From Gordius albopunctatus (taxonomy: Eukaryota): a stretch of 64,000 bases of DNA. The first letter of the stretch is position 1. Each line of letters opens with the position of its first letter. Both the position numbers and the translations under genes were made by a program. The notes below the pieces were generated by a model, which was given only the letters and a program-made list of their open reading frames with translations, was not told the origin of the DNA and searched no databases. Shown piece after piece: positions 1 through 11,451 of the stretch. Location: positions 17,918,001 to 17,982,000 of the forward strand of contig OZ193909.1 of the NCBI GenBank assembly GCA_964276515.1. Reading direction: 5' to 3'.

Positions 1-1208
1 ATTTACACATAACGATTCGAATATTTCCCAGAGGCTTAATTGCGAACTATAAGTTACAGCTATTTTTTCAGTATTTGACAAAGGATACTAATTTTACTTT
101 TTTGTATTCTTAGATTGTATATACAGATGCAAAGTTTTAACCCATTCATAACACAATTATGTTATAAAGAAAGTGAGTAAACAGAAATTTGTGTAAGATT
201 AATTAAATGTTTGTTCAGAATTTATTACTTTAATTTCATAATACTGTGCAATGCATCAGACAATATTTTTTTATAAATTTATGTTTCATTAAGATCACAC
301 GGGATACCTAAAAACACCAATGCGTATATTGGCCCTCATATACAAAACAATGGAAAAATTTCTGCTTGTTGAATGTTAAAATTTGTCAAATTGCTTACAA
401 TAAGGATAAATATATATGTATATTGAAAATAATCATGACATTATATTTAAGCAAATATTAAAGTTTCGAGTTTTTGTTTATCCAATCTATATATCTCGCC
501 AAGTTTACGTAAACACCAGGTTTATGGACCCCGAGACAGACGGTTCCCCACGAAACGAGACCCCAAACTTTTTTACTACCACCTATGTGACAACCCTATA
601 TTATTAATAAAATACTTTCGTTCTAAAAACCAAAATATAATATGGATTTAAATAATATTTATCTAAAAGGTCACTGTCACCTGCAATTTGTTGCAAGCTT
701 GATTGGCCATTTTAGGTTAAAAATATTGTAAATAATACATCGTTAAATATAAGAATTTTATTTTACATTTGAAACCTAGGAGGAATGTGATTTTTCCATT
801 TTGATTCCCTCAGATCTTGTTTATAACGTATATGAATCTTCACTACACCGTGCACTTTAATTATTTTTGAACGAATTTAAAAAAATCTATTATTACAATC
901 TCAAATGCGTTGATAACACAATATTAGGTTAGGTTCAATTGTTAAAGCACGGAGACATCTTTCGCGGTTAATAATAGTATTTAGACAGCCTACCCTTGTT
1001 AACATGAATGCCTTCTCTTGACATTGTAAGCGCTAACAAAATTAATATGAATATTACATTTTTTATTTCTTTGATTGTTAAAAATCCAGAGGTATATTCT
1101 AAACATTAAATTGTCTATCATAAAGCCTAATAACTTGTTGCAAGCATTAAATTGGCAACTGTGGTTCACAATTGTTGTTACAAATTAGAAATTTAAATCA
1201 ATAATAAT

Positions 1209-2797
1209 AACTCGGGCCTTCGGCCCTCGTGGGAAGGGGAGGAGGGGAAGGAAGGGGGAACTCATCTACACTCCGTATAAATGTATCATATTTGCTATTC
1301 AATTTATGGAAATACTTACGTGAATATTGCAAAACGAAGGTTGGAAGCACTAAATAAGTGTATATGACAAATATCATAAAGGGGGAGAGAGGGAGCGAAG
1401 GGGAAGCTTTATGGTTAGTTAAATTCTACGGGAGTTGTATTACCAAAAAGTCATAATAGCAATGGTAGGAACAGGAACAATCATAATAGTCAAAAAAAAC
1501 GAAAAAAAAATTTTCGAATCACATTTTGGCCAAAGGTCATTTTTTTCTATTGGTCAGCAGCCAGGACACGGTAAAAGTGGATATAAATTCATAATAGTCA
1601 AAAAAACGAAAAAAAAGTTTTCGAATCACATTTTGGCCAATGGTTATTTTATTCCATTGGTCAGCAGCCAGCGGACGGCCAAAAAGTCATAATAGCAATG
1701 GTAGGAACAGGAACAATCATAATAGTCAAAAAAAACGGAAAAAATAATTTCGATTCACATTTTGGCCAATGGTCATTTTTTTCCATTCGTCAGCAGCCAG
1801 GACACGGTAAAAGTGGATATAAATTCATAACAGTCAAAAAAAAACGAAAAAAAATTTTCGAATCACATTTTGGCCAATGGTCATTTTATTCCATTGGTCA
1901 GCAGCCAGCGGACGGCCAAAAAGTCATAATAGCAATGGTAGGAACAGGAACAATCATAATATTCAAAAAAAAACGAAAAAATAAACTCGGATACACATTT
2001 TGGCCAATGGTCATTTTTTCATTGGTTAGCAGCCAGCGGACGGCCAAAAAGTCTTATTATCATTGATAGTAACAAGAACAATCATAAGAGTCAAAAAAAA
2101 CTCCGGGATTCTAACCCAAAAACTAGATAAATTGCATAGCAATTATTAAAAAGTATAGGGTAATTATCAATGTTAACCTATTTAAAAACGAACAAAAAAT
2201 TTTGATTTATTTGGCCAATGGTAATTTTTTTCAATTATCAATGTTAACTTATTCAAAAAGGAAAAACGAAAAATTAGGATTTATTTGGCCAATGTTCATT
2301 TTTTCATTGGTCAGTAGCCAGCGGACGGTCAAAAAGTCATATTATCAATGGTATTAACAAGAACAAAATATTAAATTAATTAAAAAAATAAAAATTTTGC
2401 CCTCTCCGGGATTCGAACCCACATTAAATAGAGGCATAAGCCTTTGGAGGGGAACAGGGAACCATATAAATAGAGCCATAGGCCCTTGTAGGGGAGGGCA
2501 TAGGGTAATTATCAATGTTAAACTATTCAAAAACGAAAAATTAAAAATTTCGATTTATCTGGCCAGTGGTCATTTTTTCATTGGTCAGTAGCCTGCGGAC
2601 GGTCAAAAAGTCATATTATCAATGGTATTAACAAGAAAAAATATTAATTTAATTAAAAAAAAAAAAAAAATTTTGTCCTCTCCGGGTCTCGAACCCGCAA
2701 CCTCCAGGTCGGGAAGCTGGTGTAAATAACTTGGTGGACGGACGGACGGACAACCAAAAACGAGCCCATAAATTGCATAGCAATTTATATATTAAGA
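1209..2797 (-). mobile_element. Non-autonomous Helentron/DINE-1-like rolling-circle element with internal satellite array (copy 1)
   Basis: Near-identical second copy at 43869-47313. GC hairpin GGGCC-TTC-GGCCC at 1214-1226. 18-bp sub-terminal inverted repeat at 1292-1309 / 2766-2783. (GGAC)n microsatellite at ~2736-2750. ~237-bp tandem units. No TSD. Class is inferred from this architecture. Confidence 0.7.
1443..2100. repeat. Tandem array of ~237-bp units, each made of two related ~118-bp subunits (core TTTTGGCCAATGGTCATTTTTT..CCATTGGTCAGCAGCCAG)
   Basis: AAAAGTCATAATAGCAATGGTAGGAACAGG recurs at ~1446, ~1682 and ~1919. The ORFs called here are translations of the repeat. Confidence 0.9.
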
Positions 2798-2877
2798 CAA
2801 CGAATGTGAGGATTATACGTTTGCATGTGTTCAGCTCGTGCCCAAAAACTAGTTTAAATAAGTTCCTTACCTTGCAC

Positions 2878-3578
2878 TAGAGCCCTGCAAAATGAAATTT
2901 TTACTGTCCGAGCCCGCCCCGAGCCCGACATCTCAGTTTTTATTTTGCCCGAGCCCGAACGACATTTTTATTTTTGGCCCGACCCGAGCCCGACTTTTAA
3001 AATCAAGAATTTTCAAAAAAAATTTGAAATTTATCTTACCAAATACATAATGCATTAAATTGTTATTACTCTTAATTTACAACTATAATAAGTTTGAAAT
3101 AAAATTTTTATTTTCACTACAATTCATTGGATTAATAATTTAAAACTGGAAATCGAACTTAATAAAATAAATATGTTATCTAACAGTTCCAAATAAAAAC
3201 TTTTTAAAATATTTCCTTATTTTATTTTTAAAGTAACAGCTACTATGAATATATTTAAATACTAGAATAAGATTTGCAACTTAGGTCAAAATATTATAAT
3301 AGACGGGGAAAAAGCTTAAGCTTGGAAGCTTTATTAGGTATGGTGTACGAAGATAATAATTATTTAATATCGAGTTGAGTTTGTTTAAATCATATTTTAT
3401 AAAGATTAGTTTGCTTAAGTCAATTTTGATCGGGCTCGGCATCGATTCGGCCGCCTCATCAATCCCACCCTAACCCGATGCCCGATTGTTTTATTAAATT
3501 CTTCCCAAGCCCGGCCCGAAGCCCTATCGATTCTGGCATGGGCCGGGTCGGGCTTTGGACGGCCCGTGCAGGGCTCTA
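2878..3578. mobile_element. hAT-type MITE, 701 bp
   Basis: 12-bp TIR TAGAGCCCTGCA/TGCAGGGCTCTA. Perfect 8-bp TSD CCTTGCAC (2870-2877, 3579-3586). Sub-terminal GCCCGA repeats. Confidence 0.92.
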
Positions 3579-3956
3579 CCTTGCACGCGTCGAAACCGCC
3601 AGTTTCCTCGCCTGCGCAAATCATGTTAGAAGATTCGACCGTTGTAATATTTGGTGTGATTGCATTTTTGGTTAGACCAACTTGCTAAGCAGACTTGATT
3701 CAACAAATTTGCATTGCCAAGACCTTATGAACAGTATTGTTATAAAATAAGATTTATAAATAAATTTACAATATTATTTGTAAATTCTTCGTTCCGTATA
3801 ATACTTTTAAATTAACGTTTAATTTTAATTGACGTCAACCCTGGCTTAAATTTCAAATATCTAGTCTTGTTATATTATAAAAATCACCTCTCGCTAGAAA
3901 ATGTGAAATATATTTTTCGGTTTTCGTTATAAATAATATAGATGTTGAACGTCTCA

Positions 3957-4111
3957 CATGGGCATAGCCAGCATTAGAATTAGAGAGAGGGGGCAATAAT
4001 GATTTAGGAAGGAGCAATCAAACAAATTTTAACCATATTTTTATTAAATTTATAAGAATTTTTATATTTAGAGGGGGCAGCGGCTCCTCCTGCCCCTTGG
4101 CTACGCCCATG
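3957..4111. mobile_element. Short MITE of the abundant CATGGGCGTAGCCAG-ended family
   Basis: Termini CATGGGCATAGCCA / TGGCTACGCCCATG. Related copies at ~5145, 9685-9832, 27569-27719, 36752-37066, 38652-38823 and 50038-50460. Confidence 0.75.
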
Positions 4112-4588
4112 ATAGGAGCTGCCATCAATGCACACTTTTAAGCATGGTATTTCTTTCAAGTGTTTTTTATTCAAATTGGATTACCACATGCAAACTTTTA
4201 AGTAAAATTATAAAAATTTCTGTCACCAAATGCTAAGCTAAATGCTATAATAAATATTTGTGAATATGACCTTATTTTATAAATCTACCTATCTTTTGCT
4301 TTCTTTAATTTATAATTTAAATGCTTATGATAGCGATTTAAATCTTAATTTCTATTGTCGAAACATTTCCTCTCTAATAATACTGCAATACCTTCGGTCT
4401 CACCCCAACCAACCACGCAGCAGTAAGAGCCAGCTGGTAGGACTTCGCTTTAACTTAAGTTTTGAATTTACGAGGGCGCATGTTAATTGCGGGACAATTA
4501 TTAAAATTACCAAGACTAAATTATCGAAATAAATAATATATCGCTTTTTTGAGACGATTTTCATAGTATAAATGGGTAAGGTTGGTAC

Positions 4589-4791
4589 TAGAGTTGTTAA
4601 ATTGCTAACTTTCTTCAAACTCCAGACGCGAGCACGCACACTGAGTTGCTTAATATGCGCGTTAGCACAATATGTGCTCACTGTTCGGAGCACTAGGAAG
4701 AGCATTAGCATATAAAAATGCTCGAGGGCCGAGCAGAAACTCGAGCATATGGTAGCTGGAGTTGATGAAAGTTAGCAATATAACAACTCTA
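4589..4791. mobile_element. hAT-type MITE, 203 bp
   Basis: ~37-bp imperfect TIR TAGAGTTGTTAAATTGCTAACTTTC... Perfect 8-bp TSD GTTGGTAC (4581-4588, 4792-4799). GAGCA sub-repeats. Confidence 0.92.
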
Positions 4792-5287
4792 GTTGGTACT
4801 GTATTAATCTATAGAATTATATAAAATGCTTCAAATGTGTTACGCTTTTTATGCAAAAACTTTTGCATATTATACAGAATTACCTTGCATGTTTACCGGT
4901 TACATATTTTGACATGATAGCAATGTTCCTAATTGTCTGCTAAGTTACATTTGCAAGACGTTTATGATTCTTAATTGTTTTTACTGTTATGCTTTTTTGG
5001 AAGAAAAGGGGAGAACTTTATTTAATATTTTTGAGATTTCGAAAAGATTTTGAGTCAAAAAATTTGGCGATATACATAACTATCTCAGCCAAGGCTTTTT
5101 TAGAAAGCCTTTGCCTTTGCTTGAACAATATTAAAGGAGCTTATCATGGGCGCAGCCAACATAAAAATCAGATAGGGGAGGGGGCAATAATAATTAAGGG
5201 AGGGTAAAAATGAACATTTTTTGAAATTTTAGCTAAAATTTTAATAAATTTCAACACATTTTTGTGTTTAAAGGGGGCAGTCGCCAC

Positions 5288-7371
5288 CAGTGGCGTAGCT
5301 AGCCTTTTTGCCTTGAGGGGGGGACAAAAAAATTTCCCTACCCACACCTTTAATAATTACCATTTATTATGTTTTGCCCCCCCCCCCCATCTAAACCCTA
5401 AATCCGACCATGGGTCAAATGCAATTAAAAAAATTTTCCCTCCTAAACGTTGGACAAACTTAAAATTCCGCTACTACTTTGTGTATTTTTCCTATTAACA
5501 TCACACTAATATGTCCCCTCATGTTTATAAGGCATAAAATAAATAATATTTATTCGTAAATGAAACAAAGTGATGTAGTTGAAACAAGATAAAAAATTTC
5601 ACATGGCATAATAAGTTTTGTATAAATGAATTGTAAGGGTAAAAGTGGAACGGGGATATTGACAAGAAATCGTTGACATTTTAAAAAATAATGCAAATAG
5701 TTTTAAAAAAAACTATATAACAAAGTTTTTATAAAAATTATTGCCACAACCCCAAAAATCTTGGCCATATATATAACAAATTTTAATTTTACTTATGCAA
5801 TATTGGCGGCATTTTCAGGCAGCATTTATATCAGGAAAACAATGAGAACATTTAAAAGCCTTTTTAATGTGATCCTCAAAAGGCGTAATTATAACATAAA
5901 ATTTAAAAAAATTAATTATGAAATTGAAATTCGTTCAAGAATGAGTATTTAGAAGTTATTGCTCCTGATATTATAGATATATTTGCGCAACCCCCCCCCC
6001 CTTTTACATCACCTAAAAATTAAAATGAACTGATAAATTTAACGGCTAAATGAACCTTAAAAATATTCTGTCAAAATTAAATGAATCAAAATTTTATTTT
6101 AGATGAAATTAGAGATGTGAGATGCACAGAAAAACTTAGCGTCCTAAGACAAACATAATGGATTTTTTAAGATTTTTATCCTTTTAAAGTTTTGATGCGT
6201 TAATAATTTTCTATAAAATTTAGGAATTTTTTATTAATATTAATTTATCTAATGGGATATCACTAATGAAGGCGGAAAAAATGGTGTACAAACAATTTTT
6301 TGGAAACCTATTTGCTTTATATGTGCATGTGGTACATAAAAATATTCAAGATATGTTAAACAATAAGCATGTGATATGGACAATTAAATTGAAACCCAGA
6401 TGGAATTTTCGTAAATTTAATAATATTTTAATTTTGAAAGTGTTAAAAAGTATAAAACATGTTTAAAAGCCAAGATGATTTTTCATTAAATATTAAAATT
6501 AGTCTTTTAATAGTAATTCAATAAGCCTTTTACCCGATGTTGCAAACGAATTTATAATATCATCCGGGGGAATAACATTTATAAATTCATGTTCTAAGCT
6601 CAATGAAGCTAAGGAAGATAACCTTGTAAAATGCCAGGATGCACATTTATTACAAAAATATCATGCAAAAAATGTGGTGTATATTTATGTTTTACGCCCA
6701 CAAATAATTGTTTTATAGATTTTCATGAAAATTAAAATTTTCAGACATTTAATATTTGTTGTATTTATATAAAATTATATATATTTATAGTTTAGAGTAT
6801 AATAAAAATTATTGTGAAAAAATTGAAATTTGTATCCTTAATTGCATAATGTGTATTTTAATCCACATACCGTTCATCTTCTAAGAAATTTAGAATTTTT
6901 TTGGAAAAAGTATCGAGAGAAATAAAAAATCTAGTTTGCCAAAAAAATTATTCTAACAGAGTACATGCAATACAGGGTTAAATCCCAAAACAAAAGGGTA
7001 TATCGAGAAGAAAAATGTTAATTTTTGAAAAATGATTGGTAAAACGTGAGAGTTTTCATAATAATTCGGTATTGCCCCAATCCTAATACTATACTCATTA
7101 GATAGCTGTTGTTTGGAGCTTTCAAAAATAAGTTAATTCATTGCTTGTTAATAAATAACAAACGGAAATTAATATAAATAAGTCACTTAACTCGAATGAA
7201 ATAGTTACTTATTTACAAACAAATAAAAATAATTATTCATAATTAAATTACGATACTTTAAATTATTCCCTGGGTGACCAAAAGGGGCCAGGATATTTCC
7301 CTTGGGGGGACCGAAGGTTCCAGAATTTTCCTCTTTGGGGCGGCCTTGGCCCTTTGCTAGCTACGCCCCTG
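5288..7371. mobile_element. Probable ~2.1-kb non-autonomous TIR element inserted into a short MITE
   Basis: Ends CAGTGGCGTAGCTAG / CTAGCTACGCCCCTG are inverted repeats. No clear TSD, so pairing the two ends is uncertain. Confidence 0.45.
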
Positions 7372-8437
7372 CCTAGATGCTAATAAAAATATTTACATAT
7401 ATATATCGTGGCCCAATATACTAAAATTTTGTGTGTTAATTAAAGGATATTGTTGAATATATCTGTATTTGCCCAAACAAGATGCCTCATGTTCTTAGAC
7501 TTTTAACCCATACGTTGTCCCTGTCCGTGCAAACAAATTCCTAACTGATGAATCGGCCTCTCCTTTCAAATCATCATGAAAGTGATTTTATAATATTTTT
7601 ATATTTATCTGGCAAAACTCGATTTTTAAATAAAAAGATTCGTTATTTGATACCGGGTAACTAGTACCTGTATTTTAAAAATAGATTTCATTCAATACTT
7701 AATAAAATTTGTGTGTATGCATATTGATCACGTCACTTCATTTTTTAAACCCATTAAAAACGAGAAATATTCGCTAAATTAGTGTTTAAACTCCCGTCTT
7801 AATACACGATTCAACTTCAAAGCGCCCTATTTTTTTGTCCAAATATGCGATTTCCATGTAGTGAAATCAACAATTTTAGTTTGGTTGCTATGTGAATTGA
7901 GTAATTAGAGGATTATAATTTGTTTTATGAACAAAAACGCAGAAAAAATGGTGTGACTCTCCTATTAAAGCGCGACTATGTTTTGCATTCGCTTTTCTAA
8001 TTTAGATTCAAAATTGCGTATTTACACCTACATGCAAAATACATTTAAATAAACTCTCATTCTAAGATCCTTTAAAAATTAGTTTGGAAAAGGCGTGGGG
8101 TTTTGTTAAATAGGAGGTGTAAAGAGATTAATTTGTTCGAGATTAAAAAATGCCTTGGTTGGAAATCGTGACTCAAAATCATTTCGATCTTTTAACAAGA
8201 CAAAATAACATTGTCCCCTTCTTCCAAAAAGTACTTGGCATTGAAATCATTTTTTAATTATAAATAAATGGTAAATGAAACTTAACAAAGCATTAGGAAC
8301 ATTGTTGGCAAGTGAAAAATTCTAACCAATAAACAAGCAAGGTCAAACTTCATGATATGAAAAAGTATTAGTCTTGCTTGATAGCGCTACACAGTTTACA
8401 ATAAATTTTAAAATTCTCAGTAGCTTACACTTATATT

Positions 8438-11180
8438 ATGAAAAATATCTCAAGAAAGCGACATTTTATTAGTTTTTATAATTTATTTTTCGGAATATTA
8501 ATAAAAAACGCCTTTGTGCATTCTGATTTCAGTTTGTCAATTGAAAAGAATGAGAAATTTAATTTGTCGCCTGTGATTTCACCTGCTCCAAAACCCTCTA
8601 AAAATGTAGGCAAACTGTTTAAATTCTTAGAACCAGGGTTCCAGATGAATGCTATAGGTGGTATATCTGTCAACATAAATTCATACCCGTTTGCAGTTTC
8701 TCTGAGAGAACATCAAAAGCACATTTGTGGTGGAGTTGTATTGAATGCTCAAACAATTCTGTCGACGGCCCATTGTTTCAGGCGCAAGTAATGCCTATTA
8801 AATTTTTTAATCTCAAAAATATGCTAATGCAAAAATTTTTCAAAACCGACAAGTCAATATTGAAAGCTCATATTCATTTAAGATTGTTTTATATTTTTAC
8901 CCATTTTTCACCTATCATGTAGAGACAATTTATTTTCTAATTTTGCAATGCTTCTCGAATTAAAAAAGTATGATCGCTAATACACTAATTGTTGAAAATT
9001 TTATTTTTTGGTAAAATTTTAGTTGATTAAGGATAATATAAACTTGAGCAAAACGTTTTAATACCGAATTCCATAATACCACTTAAAATACTACTATAAA
9101 AATATTAATATAGGTTTATTACTCAAATATCAACGGTATGCAGCTGACCAACCCTTATTAGTTAATATTTTCATTTTTTTATTGATCTTTATGACTGATT
9201 ATAAGATTTATATTCTGTCCTCATTTTACTCTAAATTGTCATGAATATTATTGACAAAAAGCCGTTCTTACTCAGTTTAACATAATTTTATATGATTTTT
9301 ATTATGTACCTATCTCCTAGCATTCCTCTACAGCTTTACACGGTTCACATAGCCCGGACCAAAAAATATGGCGTAGAAGAGGGGGAGCAAGTCTTCAAAA
9401 TTACAAAAATATTAATGCATCCACATTATAACAAAGGCTTGGCTTTCGACAATGACATTATTTTGGTCAAGTTAAATGCCTCTATAATATTTAATTCAGG
9501 CGCACAACCAGCTACCCTACCATCACCTAACGAAGTCCTTCCAGCTGGCTCTTACTGCTGCGTGGTTGGTTGGGGTGAGACCGAAGGTATTGCAGTACAC
9601 TTAAAATAAGTTATTTGATAATTAATTAAAGTTAGTAAAAAGGGAAGGTGTAAAACAACCTATATGGACAACAACTCAAATTTACACGGGCGGGGAGGGT
9701 TGCTGCCCACCTCTAAAATAAAAAATATTTTTATACTTAATATAATTTTGGTTAAAATTTCAAAATGGATCATTTTGCCCCTCCCTAAATAATTATTGCC
9801 TCCCTCTAAATCCAATCCTGGCTACGCCCGTGCAAATTTACGATCATTAGAATTCTACCCCTTATTCTGAAAAATAATGGGAGCAATTTTTTAGCTTATA
9901 GTTTTTTTATAACACCCCCTGATCTTTAGCTAAATGAGGTTGAAGGTGTAAAAAATGGCCTTTTAACGTTTTTTAGCTATTCCCACCTTATTTTTTTAAA
10001 TTAATTTAATAGTTATAAAATTGTATAGATAAAATTGATAATCCATAGGGCTATAAAACTAATTTTTGCCTCAATTCTATATTTAAATCGATCCGTGTTA
10101 TTCCAAGTCTTTGTCCTCATTAAAATTGCTCCAGCTATACCTCGGAAAACAGAGCACTTAAGAAGAATATTATTTAATAACATTTCACCCACTTTCCCTC
10201 GCTCTCTTCTCCTCCATCGGGGTGGGAATGGAGGAGGCAGAGAGAGAGAGATAAAAGGAAAAAAGAGGAATGGGACTAAAGATCGCATAAATTATAGATG
10301 GCCCCCTATTTTTAATTTTAGCTGTTCACCGTCTATATATAAAAGACAGAAAACATAATAATGATTTCTATCAAGAGGCGAGTTTTATAACTTTACGAAA
10401 TTAAATGTTATAAATTATTTCTAAGCTACAGTGGAGTCTTTATAAAATTAGGCTTTTTTAATTCTAATTTAAAATTAATTTTACGGGTTTAATTATTTTA
10501 AATCTAGAGCTTGAATAAAACTTATTTTTACAACACTACTCTTCACTTCATAAGGTCTTGGCAATGCAAATTTGTTGAATGAAGCCTGCCTATCGAGTTG
10601 GCATAACAAAAAATGCAATCACATGAAATATTACAATGGCAAAATTTCCCCCAATATGTTTTGCGCAGGGGAGGAAACTGGCGGTGTTGACGCGTGCAGG
10701 GTAAGCCTTTATATAGACTACAAACTGCCCTATTAATATTTATTTATAAATGAGATTTTAGGGAAAAGGAAGTTTTTATTATAATTTTTACCAAATTATT
10801 ATTCTTTTTAGGCATGATATAACTGCGTGCATATGTGCAATCTCTCTTTTGCTGTTTAGATATTATTATATGCATTAAATGTTAAATTCGCTGCATTAAT
10901 TGTAAACCAGTCTCGCCAATTTGATGCTTGCAAAGAAGCTATTAGGTTTAGGAATTATGAGAAACGCTTTGGGTTAAAATTTGCTTATTAACTTTCAATA
11001 TTTTATTAATTAATTATATAGGGTGACTCGGGTGGACCGCTTTATTGTCACGTAGGTGGTAAAAAAAAGGTTTGGGGTCTCGTTTCGTGGGGAACCGTCT
11101 GTCTCGAAGTCTATAAACCTGGTGTGTACGTAAACTTGGCGAGATATATGGATTGGATTAGCCAAAACTCAGAATTTTGA
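8438..11180 (+). CDS. Secreted trypsin-like S1A serine protease A, 4 exons (8438-8787, 9321-9586, 10555-10700, 11022-11180), 306 aa
   Basis: GT-AG introns with consistent phases. Motifs HICGG, STAHC (His57), NDIILVKL (Asp102), DACRGDSGGP (Asp189, Ser195), VSWG and PGVY. Hydrophobic N-terminus. Confidence 0.93.
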
Positions 11181-11451
11181 TATTTGTTTAAATATAGTAA
11201 TGGGATGATGATGGAATATTTTTAATAAAAATAAGCAACTTATCTACTTGCATACACATTTACAATGATTTTTGAGTATGACGGTCTTGAAATATTGATT
11301 CATGTACCTGTAGAGATTGGCATAGTAAGGATTGTTTTAGGGGTATCCTTGAGGTATTATTGAAACACAAAATTAAAAAATTAGAAAAATTAAAGTAATA
11401 ATATACGCTCAATTTCATAAATTAATAATAACTTTTATAAACGAAAGGATT

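Larger units (their letters stand above)
458..4448 (-). pseudogene. Inverted, 5'-truncated pseudogene copy of the trypsin-like protease at 8438-11180 (exon remnants 4392-~4448, 3580-3723, 458-595)
   Basis: The reverse complement matches the end of exon 2, exon 3 and exon 4 of gene A, with the same splice sites and a similar 3' flank. Exon 3 is 144 vs 146 nt (frameshift to TAA). The last exon is 138 vs 159 nt and lacks DSGGPLY. Exon 1 and most of exon 2 were not found. Confidence 0.9.

Noticed and set aside
1435..2591. ORFs in the satellite (also 45838-47385)
   Set aside because: Translations of tandem repeats whose frames depend on homopolymer lengths.
2675..2745. Functional tRNA gene
   Set aside because: No convincing D-arm/A box or 7-bp acceptor stem. 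Kept only as a tRNA-derived module.
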